Shown: positions 11,758-11,928 of the stretch, piece after piece
How the letters are laid out: each line of letters begins with the position of its first letter
Numbering within the stretch: position 1 is the stretch's first letter
From: Verrucomicrobiota bacterium
Lineage (GTDB): Bacteria > Verrucomicrobiota > Verrucomicrobiia > Chthoniobacterales > UBA6821
Length of the DNA: 11,928 bases
Assembly: GCA_008932965.1 (NCBI GenBank)
Contig: WBXG01000056.1
Location: forward strand, 1 to 11,928
Direction of reading: 5' to 3'
Notes under the pieces: generated by a model
What the model was told of the DNA's origin: nothing
What the model saw: the letters and a program-made list of their open reading frames with translations, nothing else
The model's database searches: none
Made by a program: the position numbers and the translations under genes

Positions 11758-11928
11758 CTAGTCCAGATATTTCATACTGATCTACTACGAAAGCCGGGAA
11801 GTCAGATGGATGCTGCGTTAGACTCCCATTTTGATTTGGGCAGTATGTACACATACAGCCCTGCATCAAAATGCTCGCCTGCCTTACCCCATCAGCCTTC
11901 GCGGCCTCCTCGTCACGATCAGTATGAA
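11758..11928 (+). repeat. Most complete copy of the structured repeat element with terminal inverted repeats (MITE/ERIC/Correia-like or structured ncRNA). It may extend beyond the window end
   Basis: A perfect 12-nt inverted repeat, ttcatactgatc (11771-11782) and gatcagtatgaa (11917-11928), continues imperfectly inward for ~20 nt more. A central hairpin gggcagtatgtacacatacagccc lies at 11838-11861. Homologous copies are at 1-120 (inverted) and 10626-10660 (partial). Confidence 0.8.

Overview
AT-rich bacterial window (roughly 38-40% GC by eye) dominated by one co-directional + strand gene array (619-10581). Its core (3913-9896) encodes the extracellular and secreted parts of a type III secretion system (T3SS). 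In order these are: a needle subunit with a PrgI/MxiH-type C-terminus, a TPR-like needle chaperone, a small translationally coupled ORF, an inner-rod-like protein, a small helical ORF, a 397-aa S/T/N/Y-rich protein with a needle-like C-terminal helix (candidate tip or filament protein), an LcrH/SycD-class chaperone, and a 714-aa YopB/IpaB/CopB-like translocator. A CesT/SycE-like class I chaperone follows. No basal-body, export-gate or ATPase genes are present. Directly upstream is a tightly packed three-gene putative modification operon: an unknown protein, a SAM-methyltransferase fused to a kinase-like domain, and a eukaryote-type GT34-like glycosyltransferase. The most interesting hypothesis is that this operon modifies the S/T/N-rich surface parts of the needle and tip proteins, or that its products are host-directed effectors. 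Downstream lie a tRNA-Leu whose anticodon reads AAG and a rhomboid-like membrane protein that appears to lack catalytic residues. The window is bracketed by inverted copies of a structured repeat of at least 170 nt with terminal inverted repeats, and a third partial copy sits next to the tRNA. Gene content resembles amoeba-associated Chlamydiae-like genomes, but taxonomy cannot be established here. All homology statements are by-eye comparisons with remembered family sequences, not searches.
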